A stretch of DNA of 64,000 nucleotides from an uncultured Planctomycetaceae bacterium. GTDB taxonomy: Bacteria > Planctomycetota > Planctomycetia > Planctomycetales > Planctomycetaceae. The stretch covers positions 800,001-864,000 of the forward strand of contig CAWFAK010000005.1 in assembly GCA_963813715.1 (NCBI GenBank). Reading direction: 5' to 3'. Position numbers and translations under genes: made by a program. Below are positions 35,247-44,897 of the stretch, piece after piece. The first letter of the stretch is position 1, and the number at the start of each line of letters is the position of its first letter. The notes below the pieces were generated by a model. It had not been told where the DNA came from. It saw only the letters and a list, made by a program, of their open reading frames with translations, and searched no databases.

Positions 35247-36527
35247 TCATTCTGCTCCAAGTTCATGCACCAGCACGCGCAAGAACGGCTCCACGTCGGT
35301 GACTAGCCCGATCGTCTGAAACGTCCCGCGGTCGGTCAGCTTGGTGACCGTCGCCGGGTTGATGTCGACGCAGACGACTTTCACCCGGGCCGGCAAGAGA
35401 TTGCCGACGGCGATCGAGTGCAGCGTCGTGGCGATCATCAGCGCCAGCGTCACTCCTTCACATTCCTGGCGCATCCGCCGCTGGGCCTCGAGCACGTCGG
35501 TGATCACTTCCGGGAGCGGGCCATCGTCGCGGATGCTGCCGGCCAGCACGAAGGGGACGTTGTTGCGCACGCACTCGTACATGATGCCGCTGGTGAGCAC
35601 TTCCTGCTCGACGGCCCGGCGAATGCCCCCCAGCCGTCGCATGCGATTGATCGAGCGCAAATGATGTTCGTGCCCCTCTTCGATCGAGCGGCCGTGAGTC
35701 ATCGAAATGCCCAGGCTCGTGCCAAAGAGCGATTGCTCGATGTCGTGGGTGGCGAGCGCATTTCCCGCAAACAGCACGTTGACGAAACCGTGCCGGATGA
35801 GATGGCTCATGTAGTCGCGGCTGCCCGTATGCACGACGGCGGGGCCGGCGACCACCAGAATCTTTCCCGTGCCGCCGCGGGCGGCGCGCATGGCGGCCGC
35901 CACGTCCCGGACGGTAATTCCCTTGGGCTTTTCGCTCGACACGTTGCTGTTCATGAAGCCGAAGGCGTCGTGCCCCGACGTGTCCCGCTCGGTCGGATGC
36001 ACGCGCGTGCCGGCGCGTCCAACGACAATCATGTCGCCGTGCCGCACGTCGATCATCGGCACGCATTCGGCCCGCAACTGGACCGGATCGACCCGCACGC
36101 CGCAGTCCATTTCCTGCTTTTGCACGCGGACCCAATTTCCCTTGAGGCGAATTTGCGTGTCCTGATTGGTCGTCGAATAGAAGCCTTCGGGAAAAGCGCC
36201 GTCCATATCGGCGGGCAGCAGGCGACAGTCCTGCTGGTTGAGCGGGACGGCTCCGTGTCGGCCGACGGCGGACAGCAGCCGCTCCAAGTGCTCGGGCGTA
36301 CCGCCGATCACGCGCAGCTGGGCGTAGCTCGGATCGTTGCGCCGCTGGCCGACGCGGATCTCGCGGATCTCGAACTGTCCGCCCAGTGCCATGATCTCGT
36401 CGAGGACCTTGGGCAGGATCAGACTGTCGATGATGTGCCCGACAATCTCCACGTCTTCCACGAACGTGGTTTGACCGGGAGCCACCGTCGTTCGTTCGTT
36501 GGGCGCGGTGGTCGCTGAAGTGTCCAT
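35247..36527 (-). CDS. TIGR00300 / LOR-SDH family protein (ornithine cyclodeaminase-like)
   Basis: 'GHIIDS', 'FPEGFYSTTN', 'EMDC', 'FGFM...VSSEKP', 'GNALATHDIE', 'LAGSIRDDGPLP', 'LHSIAVGN', 'KL.DRG'. Confidence 0.88.
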   Translation of the reverse strand: MDTSATTAPNERTTVAPGQTTFVEDVEIVGHIIDSLILPKVLDEIMALGGQFEIREIRVGQRRNDPSYAQLRVIGGTPEHLERLLSAVGRHGAVPLNQQDCRLLPADMDGAFPEGFYSTTNQDTQIRLKGNWVRVQKQEMDCGVRVDPVQLRAECVPMIDVRHGDMIVVGRAGTRVHPTERDTSGHDAFGFMNSNVSSEKPKGITVRDVAAAMRAARGGTGKILVVAGPAVVHTGSRDYMSHLIRHGFVNVLFAGNALATHDIEQSLFGTSLGISMTHGRSIEEGHEHHLRSINRMRRLGGIRRAVEQEVLTSGIMYECVRNNVPFVLAGSIRDDGPLPEVITDVLEAQRRMRQECEGVTLALMIATTLHSIAVGNLLPARVKVVCVDINPATVTKLTDRGTFQTIGLVTDVEPFLRVLVHELGAE

Positions 36528-36837
36528 CGGTCCATTCCCTATCACCGACAGAATTGAAAAGGCGTCGTGTGCGGCCGGGAGGCGAGTCGGGCGAAATTCT
36601 ATTCGCGGCCCGCGCCACCATCAATGGCGATCGCGAGTGCCGCGTGAGGCACGACCTTTCCCCCTGGCGAGTTTCGTCGCGTCCGAGTTTCTTCCGCGCG
36701 ACTTTGCGGATGCCGCCGCTCGTCGTGCCCGCCACCCGCGGAAACGCGTTGTTTTCCCAGCAGACGCCGGTCTATGATAACGCTGCCACGAGGATTCGGA
36801 ACCACCCTGGTTTGCGGCATAACAGACATTTTGGCGA

Positions 36838-37866
36838 ATGATCAATCTCGGCATTGTCGGTCTTGGTCCCGTTTGGGAAAGCCGATACCGGCCGGTGCTG
36901 GATAAGCTGCAGCATCGGGTGCGGATCCGTGCCGTATTTGATCCAGTCGCCAGCCGCTGCGACGAAGTGGCCGCCACGTTGCGGGCCGCTCCCTATCAGG
37001 GAGTGCTCGCCCTGCTGACCCATGCCGACGTGCGCGGCATCCTGCTCCTGGATTCGTCGTGGTACGGCAACGCTCTCATCCACTTCCTGGGCCAGATGCG
37101 AAAGCCCGTCTATGTGGCCGGCAGTCTGGGCGAAGACCCGGACGAGTTGGCCCGGCTGCGAAGCCTCGTCGAATCTGAGGGACTGCTCGTCATGCCCGAA
37201 TTCAGCCGCCGCTTCACGCCGGCCACGTGCCGGCTGCACGAGCTGATCGCCACGCGGATAGGACGGCCCAGGCACATTGCCATCGACGCGATTCATCCGG
37301 CCCCGAATTCGACGGAAGCGATCCCCGGGCAAAAAGCGGGGACCGACTTTATGGTGGGTCTTTTGGACTGGTGCCGCTACGTTGTCCGGCAAACGACGAT
37401 CCGGCTCGAAGCTTACCCGCTAGACCCCGCCCTACCTCCCGACAAGCCCCACCATCGGGTGGCGATTGAATTCGGGGACAGCCGCGAGCATGGGGCTGTG
37501 CGTTCGACGGCCGAGCTGCGGGTTCGCCACCACGAAGCCCCGCCCGACCCGGCCACCTCGGATCCCTCCGCCTCGAATCCATCCCCTGTCTCTTTTACGA
37601 TTCTCTGCGAAAAGGGAGAGGCGATGATCGACGGGCCGGCCCAAATCCGCTGGAGACTGACGGGCGGGGAGATCGAGACCGAGTCGCTGATCGCCGACCG
37701 GTCCGAGGTGGAAGTCATGATCGACCACTTCTGCCGCCGCTTGGTGGGCGGCCTGATCCCTGTCGCCGACATCTCTGACGTCTGCCGCTGCCTGCGGCTG
37801 GTCCACGCCACGCAGCGAAGCCTGGCGACCGCCGCACCCATCCCGCTCAACGGCGACTTCGCCTGA
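36838..37866 (+). CDS. Gfo/Idh/MocA family oxidoreductase-like protein
   Basis: Rossmann start 'INLGIVGLG', 'KPVY', 'RRFTPA'; divergent. Confidence 0.75.
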   Translation: MINLGIVGLGPVWESRYRPVLDKLQHRVRIRAVFDPVASRCDEVAATLRAAPYQGVLALLTHADVRGILLLDSSWYGNALIHFLGQMRKPVYVAGSLGEDPDELARLRSLVESEGLLVMPEFSRRFTPATCRLHELIATRIGRPRHIAIDAIHPAPNSTEAIPGQKAGTDFMVGLLDWCRYVVRQTTIRLEAYPLDPALPPDKPHHRVAIEFGDSREHGAVRSTAELRVRHHEAPPDPATSDPSASNPSPVSFTILCEKGEAMIDGPAQIRWRLTGGEIETESLIADRSEVEVMIDHFCRRLVGGLIPVADISDVCRCLRLVHATQRSLATAAPIPLNGDFA

Positions 37867-38217
37867 TTGCCCCTTGCCAGAGAACGTTCTCGGGCGCCCA
37901 GGGCGACGGTGCGGCGGGAACGTGGAGTGGCAATTTGGACTGGCCACATAAGATGGCCCTAAGCGTCGATCCCATCCCAACTGGCCATTGCCAGAGTTCA
38001 GGCGGAAGTCTCGCACGGCGATTGAGTTATGGCGACGGACTCCCCCAAGGTGCGTCCTGCGCGAATTTTACCTACACGGGATGGCCCGATCTTCCGGGGA
38101 TTTATGCGATTTAAGTGTGCGAACTGCAAAGACATTGAGTGCGTCGCGCGGTAAGATGGAGGTTCCGAAAACCGGGCCAGGGTGGGCGGGTTTTCCCCAA
38201 CAATCGGAGCCTCTGAA

Positions 38218-38532
38218 ATGACGAGCAACAGCCGCCCCCTGCCTTTAATGCAAAGCCCTCCAGCGGTCGCCCGACCGATCTGCCCGGTTTGCGGCACCAC
38301 GAGCTATTCCCGCCGCGGAATTCACCCCCAGTGTGCCCAGCAGCAGGCGGACGGCCGCCGGATGAACAAGCTCAAGGCGGTGAAGCGGCAAACCGAATCG
38401 AAAGCCAAGACCAGCAACCCTTTGGCGCTGCGGCCGTGGCACAAGCGCTGCCCCAAATGCCGAGCGGAGCTTCACATCCGCAAGTCGACCTGCGATTGCG
38501 GTCACCGATTTCCCGCAATGCGTAACGGTTGA
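38218..38532 (+). CDS. small basic zinc-finger protein
   Basis: 'CPVCG...HPQC' and 'CPKC...CDCGH'; ggag upstream. Confidence 0.65.
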   Translation: MTSNSRPLPLMQSPPAVARPICPVCGTTSYSRRGIHPQCAQQQADGRRMNKLKAVKRQTESKAKTSNPLALRPWHKRCPKCRAELHIRKSTCDCGHRFPAMRNG

Positions 38533-38703
38533 TTGCCGCCGATCTTTTTCGCGACAGACCCGAAAGTTCGCCACAGGCCGGCCGGTTCACACCGAGCCGG
38601 CCTATTCGCTCCAGGGAGGCCGCTACTGACCCATGGACTGGCGGACCACTGGCTGGTCGTCCGACGCGCGCACGCCTCCCGGCCTAAGGGCGCACCGCGA
38701 TCG

Positions 38704-38747
38704 AACCCGGCTCGGCGCGCACTGTGAGCGCAGCCCGGGTTTTTTTT
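38704..38747 (+). terminator. probable intrinsic terminator between convergent genes
   Basis: Stem aacccgg..gcgc / gcgc..ccgggtt followed by T8. Confidence 0.65.
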
Positions 38748-38770
38748 CGCAGGTCCGGGGGAGAGAACGC

Positions 38771-39094
38771 TTAGTAGCGTCCGCGTCCGCCGCCGTAGCC
38801 GCCCCGGTCACGACCGCCGCCGCCGCCACCCCCGCCACCGCGGTCTTCGCGCGGCCGGGCCTCGTTGACCTTCAGTACGCGGCCCCCGATCTCTTTGCCG
38901 TCCAGCGCGGAGATCGCGGCCTGCGCTTCTTGGTCACTCGACATCTCGACGAACGCGAAGCCTTTCGACCGCCCTGTTTCCCGATCCATGATGACCTGGG
39001 CCGAAACGACCGTACCATGCTCTTCGAAAATCCTGCGCAACTCGTCCTCGTTCGCGCTGTACGAAAGATTGCCGACGTACATCTTCTTGGCCAC
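38771..39094 (-). CDS. RRM RNA-binding protein with Gly-rich tail
   Basis: RNP2 'MYVGNL', RNP1 'KGFAFVEM', 'VNEARPRE', RGG tail; RBS gggagg. Confidence 0.95.
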   Translation of the reverse strand: MAKKMYVGNLSYSANEDELRRIFEEHGTVVSAQVIMDRETGRSKGFAFVEMSSDQEAQAAISALDGKEIGGRVLKVNEARPREDRGGGGGGGGGRDRGGYGGGRGRY

Positions 39095-39262
39095 GCTGGG
39101 CGCCTCCCTTTTGAATCACGCAACACTAGCTCGACCCAACGCGGGTGTCTGCCGTGCATGAATCGGACTGATGCCTTGCACGGACGATAAATGGACGGGG
39201 CGACAACCGCAAGCGTACGCCCCCTTGCGGGCGATTTTCGCCGGCCGCCTGTGAAGTCCCGT

Positions 39263-40492
39263 TCACGATCGCTGGAAATGAAGCCGCAGTAGATTCAACG
39301 CAATCTTGCCCGCGCGGCTGCGGTTGAGGGCCGCATCGCCCAGAAACGTGTAATCGACCACCCGCGACACGTTCGGACCAACCAGCGCGACTTCGGACGT
39401 GGGGGAAGCCTCGGCCGCATTGTCCGGATCGAAGTGCGGGAAGGCGCCGACGAAGAGGGCAAAGTCGGCTCCGAATCGCTCTCGGCAGCTTTCGAGCGCC
39501 GCCACAATCGTCGTTTGCTTGTTTGCACCGACTGACGAGCCGACCGTGTGGACCAGCGCTTCCAGCGAGACGGCGACGATTCCGCCCCGATAGACGCGCT
39601 CGTAATCGGGCACCTCGGTGATCCGCCGCGCGAGCAATCCGCCCGTACCGATTTCCACCGTCGCCATCGTGCTGCCCAGATTTGCCAACAGCCTCGCGAC
39701 GACGTGCTGCAGTTCTTCGTCTTCCTCGCCGAAGACGAGGTCGCCCATCCGCTCGCGAATGGCGCTCTTTGCCGCGGCGATCTTCGAGTCGCAGGTTTCG
39801 GCAGTGTCGCCGTGCGCCACGATCCGCAACGTAATCGTGGCTTCGTGCACGGTGATGCCGATTTCGGGGTCGCGGCCGCGGGCCGTGAGGTCGCCGAGCA
39901 TTTCTTCCGCCTGCGATTCGCCGACGCCGAAACAATTGAGTCGCGCCCGCCGAATGACGCGGTTGCCCGCGGGCAGACGGGGGACGACCTCCTTGGCAAA
40001 CATTCGTTTCATTTCACTGGGCACGCCCGGCAACGCGGCGAACAAACAGGTGCCCCCGGCCGCCCGCGGGATGTTGGCCCAAATGCCGGGAGCCGTTCCC
40101 CGCAGATTGGGAATGGGCTCGGTGCCGCGGGGAAAATGGGCCTGGACGACGTTGCGCTCAGGCATCTCCCGCTTGAATCGTTGAAACAGTCCGCGAATAA
40201 ACTCCAGCGAAGCCGGATCGAGCACCAGCTCGACCCCCAGCACGTCCGCGAGTGCCTGACGCGTGAGGTCGTCGAGCGTGGGTCCGAGGCCGCCCGTCAG
40301 GATGATGACCTCGCAACGGTCCGCCGCCGTGCGAATCACGCCGACGAGCGCGGCCAGGTCGTCGGCCACGGTCGTGTGAAAAGAGACGGAGATGCCGATG
40401 GCGGCCAACTCGAGGCTGAGCCATTGGCTGTTGGTGTCGAGCGAAGCGCCGGTGGTGATTTCCGTGCCGACGGAGATGATCTCGGCGTGCAT
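39263..40492 (-). CDS. cinA: CinA family protein (MocF-like + PncC-like domains)
   Basis: 'AEIISVGTEI', 'DTNSQWL', 'TGGLGPTLDDLTR', 'GTAPG', 'LPGVPSEM', 'GVGES'. Confidence 0.88.
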   Translation of the reverse strand: MHAEIISVGTEITTGASLDTNSQWLSLELAAIGISVSFHTTVADDLAALVGVIRTAADRCEVIILTGGLGPTLDDLTRQALADVLGVELVLDPASLEFIRGLFQRFKREMPERNVVQAHFPRGTEPIPNLRGTAPGIWANIPRAAGGTCLFAALPGVPSEMKRMFAKEVVPRLPAGNRVIRRARLNCFGVGESQAEEMLGDLTARGRDPEIGITVHEATITLRIVAHGDTAETCDSKIAAAKSAIRERMGDLVFGEEDEELQHVVARLLANLGSTMATVEIGTGGLLARRITEVPDYERVYRGGIVAVSLEALVHTVGSSVGANKQTTIVAALESCRERFGADFALFVGAFPHFDPDNAAEASPTSEVALVGPNVSRVVDYTFLGDAALNRSRAGKIALNLLRLHFQRS

Positions 40493-40538
40493 TCCGATCG
40501 CCTCGAAATGGGTTTGCGCGGATGTGGGACGCGCCGGC

Positions 40539-41645
40539 TCAAGTCGGTAGGACGGGCTGCCGGGCCAATTCGCGGGCCAAAACCTCACGATACAGCCCGG
40601 CAACTTCGGTCACCATCCGCGCGGCGGTGAATTCCTCGCAGACGAGCTGCCGCCCCATTTCGCCCAAGGCTCGCGCCGGCACCGGATCGTCGAGCAACTG
40701 CTGCATCGCGGCGGCCAGCTTGGCGCTATCCGATGGCGGCACGATAAGGCCGATCTGCGGGCTGCGGATGACGCTGTAGACTCCGCCGACGCCGCTCGCA
40801 ATCACCGGCCGCCCAAACGCCATCGCCTCGAGCATGATGCTGCCCAGTCCCTGCCGTAGCGAGGGAAGGCAGAAGATGTCCATTGCGGAGAGGGCCGAGG
40901 CAAAGTCGTAGCCGCTGGAAATGAACGTCACATGCTTGGCCAGGCCCAGCTCTCGTGCCAGCCGCCGGAGGTTTTGTTCTTCGGGCCCGGAGCCGGCGAT
41001 GAGGAACTCGGTGTCGGGCCGATCGGCCACCACGCGCTGGGCGGCGCCGAGGAAATAGACGTGCCCTTTCACTGGCTCGAGCGGTCCGGCCGTCCCGATG
41101 ACCGGCAGGCGGTCCGGCGAAAGGATCGGCGGAGTGCCGGCGGGCATCGTCACGTCGACACCGGCGTGAATCACCGTAATCATCCCGGGATCGAAGCCCG
41201 CGCGGCTCAACAGCTCCGCGCGGACACTTTGACTGACCGCGATGATCCGCCGTCCCCACCGCACATCGAACGCGCTCTCCCGCTCGATCGACTCGTGGTC
41301 GTAGGCGGTGAGCACGAACGGCCGCTTCAGGCGCCGTGCAAGCGCGGCTCCGACCGGATACGCGGACCACGACTGGATGTGAATCAGGTCGGGTGGATCG
41401 TGGGCCAACTCGCGTGCCAGCGCTTCCCGCACGACGCCGCCCCACACCGGCACGCCCAATCGCGGATAAACCGAAAGCGAGAGCCGCCGCCGGCGGTTCG
41501 GGCAAATGCACTTGGCGTTGGGCGTGAGAAGCCGCGCGTCGACCCCTTCGGCGGCGAGTCCTTCGGCGAGTCGCAAGGTGGAGGCGCAGTAGCCGCGCAC
41601 CTGGAAGGCCCCGGCGACGAGCAGCACCTTCAATGGCTCATCCAT
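40539..41645 (-). CDS. GT4 family glycosyltransferase
   Basis: 'IIAVS', 'KGH..F', 'IAGSGP', 'DIFCLPS..QGLG..MLEAMA.G.PVIAS.VGG'. Confidence 0.9.
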   Translation of the reverse strand: MDEPLKVLLVAGAFQVRGYCASTLRLAEGLAAEGVDARLLTPNAKCICPNRRRRLSLSVYPRLGVPVWGGVVREALARELAHDPPDLIHIQSWSAYPVGAALARRLKRPFVLTAYDHESIERESAFDVRWGRRIIAVSQSVRAELLSRAGFDPGMITVIHAGVDVTMPAGTPPILSPDRLPVIGTAGPLEPVKGHVYFLGAAQRVVADRPDTEFLIAGSGPEEQNLRRLARELGLAKHVTFISSGYDFASALSAMDIFCLPSLRQGLGSIMLEAMAFGRPVIASGVGGVYSVIRSPQIGLIVPPSDSAKLAAAMQQLLDDPVPARALGEMGRQLVCEEFTAARMVTEVAGLYREVLARELARQPVLPT

Positions 41646-41702
41646 GAGAGTGGCCTGACTTGGCGCGTCGAACGCTGGCGTCCGCAGCCGAGGAGGCCGG
41701 CT

Positions 41703-42492
41703 CTAGCGCCGGCGTCTGAGCCCCTTGGGCGGTCCCAGGATTTCGTTGATCACGATGGCCGTCCGCACGTTGCGCCGATTGCGCAGGAGCGGCACGATCA
41801 GATTGGCTCCGGCGGAGGTCGGAGTTTGTGCCAGCTCCGCGACGCCCCCGGCGTTCCGCTCGCCCAGGTGCTGGCGCACCGCGCGATCCACCGAGTTGCC
41901 CAGATCACTCTGCGTCTGCGTGGTCATCCGCGACGCGTCAAGATACTGGGCGACGTGCGTGCGGATTTGTTTGCCCAGATTCTCCGAGCCGGGGGCTCTG
42001 CGAGCGGCAATTTCTTCCCCGGGCCGCGCCGAAGCCGGGAGCGATGACGACGGTTTTCGGCGGCTCGGGCCTGTTGCGGTCGCTGGTTCCGACCGGTCGC
42101 AGCACGACCGGTTTGCGCGTCGGCTCGAGCTTGGGGGTTGGAGGCGTTTTTGGGATCCCCGGCTCGCCCGTGCTGCGATCGACGACGGGGCGCCCTAGCC
42201 GCTCGCCGGCCGCCCGTCGCTTGCCGACCTCCTCGAGGAACGCCTCGATTTCGTTGCGGAACGGGTTGTCTTTCTTGGGAGTTGCTGGAGCCTGCGGCGA
42301 CGTCGGCGTCTTGGGTGGGTTGTTGGCCCGGATTGCCTTTTCGCGGGCCTCGGCGATGCGGCGGAGGATCGACAGCAACAGCGTCGCCGCCACGAAAATG
42401 AGGATCTTGACGCCCAACAGAAAGTTTCCGTTTGGCCCCGCGGGTCCGTTCGGGCCCGCGGCCAACAGACTATTCGCATCGAAGACGGTCAT
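41703..42492 (-). CDS. YqfB-like membrane protein downstream of floA (frameshift near 42010)
   Basis: N-terminal TM, Pro-rich middle, C-terminal 'VRTAIVINEILGPPKGLR' resembling floA-linked proteins. Confidence 0.6.
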
Positions 42493-42531
42493 CGGACGCT
42501 TCCCCTCGCGACGTAGACTCGCTGCCTGCCG

Positions 42532-43590
42532 CTAGGCCCCGTTTTGCTCAGGCACGATCTCGGGCGCCGACGATCCGCCGCCGGCAATCGCCATCCGCAT
42601 CCGCGTATCGGCCTGCACGTTCTTCAATTCGTAGTAGTCGAGCAGCCCCAGCTTGCCCGTGCGGAACGATTCCGCCACGGCCAGCGGCACCTGGGCTTCG
42701 GCGAAGACGACCTTGGCACGATTCTCCTGGATGTGGGCGACTTCCTCTTGCTCGCGTGCTCGGGCGGCCGCCCGCCGCTGCTCGGCCTTCGCCTGAGCGA
42801 CGCGCATGTCGGCCTCTGCCTGGTCCGCCGACAGCCGAGCCCCGATGTTTTCTCCGATGTCGATGTCCGCGATGTCGATCGACACGATCTCGTAGGACGT
42901 GTGGGCCTCGAGCCCCTGGCCGAGCACGGTTTGAGAAATCCGCTCGGGGTTCTCGAGCACGGTTTTGTACGACTTGGTCGAGCCGATCGCCTGCACGATG
43001 CCCTGACCCACGCGGGCGATCACCGTCTCTTCGGTCGCCCCGCCGATCAACTGGCGAATGTTCGTCCGCACCGTGACGCGGGCCCGCGCCTTGAGCTGAA
43101 TGCCGTCGCCGGCTACCGCGTCGAGCGTGCCGGCCGACCGCTTGGGATCGGGGCAGTCGATCACCTTCGGATAAACGCTCGTGCGGACCGCCTCCAGAAT
43201 GTCTCGCCCCGCCAGGTCGATCGCTTGGGCCGTTTGCCAATCGAGATCGATGTGTGCCCGATGGGCGGCAATCAGGGCTCGGATCACGTTCGGCACGTTG
43301 CCGCCGGCCAGGTAGTGGGCTTCCAGTGCGCGGGTGGTGATCGGGTAGATCCGCGTCACGCCCGCCTGCACGGCCATGATTTTGCTGCGCACGATGATCG
43401 ACGGATTCACCTTGCGGATCGACATCATCATCAGCTGCCAGATGTTGATGTCGGCCCGGGTGAAAATGCACTGCACCCACAGCGTGAAATAGCGGGCTGC
43501 GAACACCATAAAGATGATCGCCGCCACCACAATGACCAGGCCGCCCACGCCAAACCACGACGACGGCTCGAAATCGGCAAGCAGCATCAT
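42532..43590 (-). CDS. floA: flotillin-like protein FloA (YqfA)
   Basis: '[11 protein letters not shown]', 'AIDLAGRD', '[13 protein letters not shown]', 'GGATEET..ARVG', '[14 protein letters not shown]', 'QADT.MR'. Confidence 0.93.
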   Translation of the reverse strand: MMLLADFEPSSWFGVGGLVIVVAAIIFMVFAARYFTLWVQCIFTRADINIWQLMMMSIRKVNPSIIVRSKIMAVQAGVTRIYPITTRALEAHYLAGGNVPNVIRALIAAHRAHIDLDWQTAQAIDLAGRDILEAVRTSVYPKVIDCPDPKRSAGTLDAVAGDGIQLKARARVTVRTNIRQLIGGATEETVIARVGQGIVQAIGSTKSYKTVLENPERISQTVLGQGLEAHTSYEIVSIDIADIDIGENIGARLSADQAEADMRVAQAKAEQRRAAARAREQEEVAHIQENRAKVVFAEAQVPLAVAESFRTGKLGLLDYYELKNVQADTRMRMAIAGGGSSAPEIVPEQNGA

Positions 43591-43718
43591 GTCACTTTTC
43601 TTTCCGCAGCAACATCTTTCCGCGTTTGCGGTTCGAGCTCAAGGGGCCAAGATCAATGGTCCGAGCGAGCCCGCGCAGAGGCCCTACAATCTCCCAAAAC
43701 CGCGGCGTCTTCCTCAGA

Positions 43719-44897
43719 TTATCGAATCACGGCGGGGCCGCAACAAGGCCAAGGTCCGAGCAGGTGCCGTTTCATGACCGCGATTGGACTCAGTCTTTTT
43801 GTCGACGCGACTGACGCGCGGCGGACTCGACAGTTGCAGAGAACGGCGGCTGCAACTGCGCCCGAATCGAGCCCTGGAAGGACAGCGGTGGGCACTCGCG
43901 CGTAGCGTTCGGTGCCTTTCCAGCGACGTCCGAGCGTCTTCAGCCAGCCCCAACGCTCGGAGGGCAGCGAATGCGTGGGAGGCTCGATGCCGGCCGTTTG
44001 CAGTTGGGCGTACGCTCGGGCCACCGCCGACAGATATTCGCCATAGATGGCCAGTCCGGCAGGCCCCACGTCGTAGAACTTGAACAGCCGCGCCCGCCGG
44101 TTGGGCAGCAACCGCAGTCCGTGGAAGTGGTAGAAGACGGGGTCGAGGCGCGACGCGCTCCGCTCGGCGAAGTACCGCACGTTCCAGGGGGCGAGCGTTT
44201 TTTCCACTTGTTGCGCGATGTGCACGCAGTCGCCGAACAGCGACGGCCATTGGTCGAGATAGACCTGGTCGCCGAACTTGCCGTCTTCGTAACGGGCGAA
44301 GCACCATTCGAGGCAGCGGTCCTGCCACCACCGCATCACTGCGTGTGCCTGGTCCGAGCGGTCGAAGGTCAAAAACTGCACGCAGAAGCGGCCGCTGTCG
44401 TGCGAGCGGTCGTATTCGGGTGCGTACGCATGCTCGGTGATGAGCACGTGCTTTCCCGACCGGTCGAGCTCGTCGAGCAGAATTCGCGGGTCGGCCAGAA
44501 AAAACACGTCGGCGTCGACGTACGTCGCCCGCCGGGCCGTCGGATCGCGATCGAAGACGGCCTGAGCCGTGAACGGAGTCAGCGTCCAGCAGTATTCCGC
44601 CCGCGTACGTCCGGGCTTCACCGCCAGCAGCTCGGGCGTTTCCAGCGTGCGCAAGGGAATGACAGTGAGATCGGGCAGAGCCAGCTGCGCGAGATGTTTT
44701 TCCACCGCGTCGTCGATCGCCACGACCCACAAGCGAAACGAGCCGGCCTGCGCGACGAGCGACTCGTAGAGCGCGAGTCCGATCGGCAGAAACGAATCGT
44801 CGAACAGCGTGACGAAATGCTCGCGAGGAGCGTCGGCGCGGCGCGCTGGCTCACGTCGTCGCGTCCTCGGTTCGTCGGTTGCCGCGTCCGCGACCAC
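43719..44897 (-). CDS. putative GT-A glycosyltransferase-like protein
   Basis: 'FVTLFD..FL..GLALY.SL', 'EYCWTLTP', DxD 'YVDADV', 'WCF', 'FGDQ.YLD.WP', 'APWN', 'FYHFHG'; ends uncertain. Confidence 0.75.
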   Translation of the reverse strand: MVADAATDEPRTRRREPARRADAPREHFVTLFDDSFLPIGLALYESLVAQAGSFRLWVVAIDDAVEKHLAQLALPDLTVIPLRTLETPELLAVKPGRTRAEYCWTLTPFTAQAVFDRDPTARRATYVDADVFFLADPRILLDELDRSGKHVLITEHAYAPEYDRSHDSGRFCVQFLTFDRSDQAHAVMRWWQDRCLEWCFARYEDGKFGDQVYLDQWPSLFGDCVHIAQQVEKTLAPWNVRYFAERSASRLDPVFYHFHGLRLLPNRRARLFKFYDVGPAGLAIYGEYLSAVARAYAQLQTAGIEPPTHSLPSERWGWLKTLGRRWKGTERYARVPTAVLPGLDSGAVAAAVLCNCRVRRASVASTKRLSPIAVMKRHLLGPWPCCGPAVIR

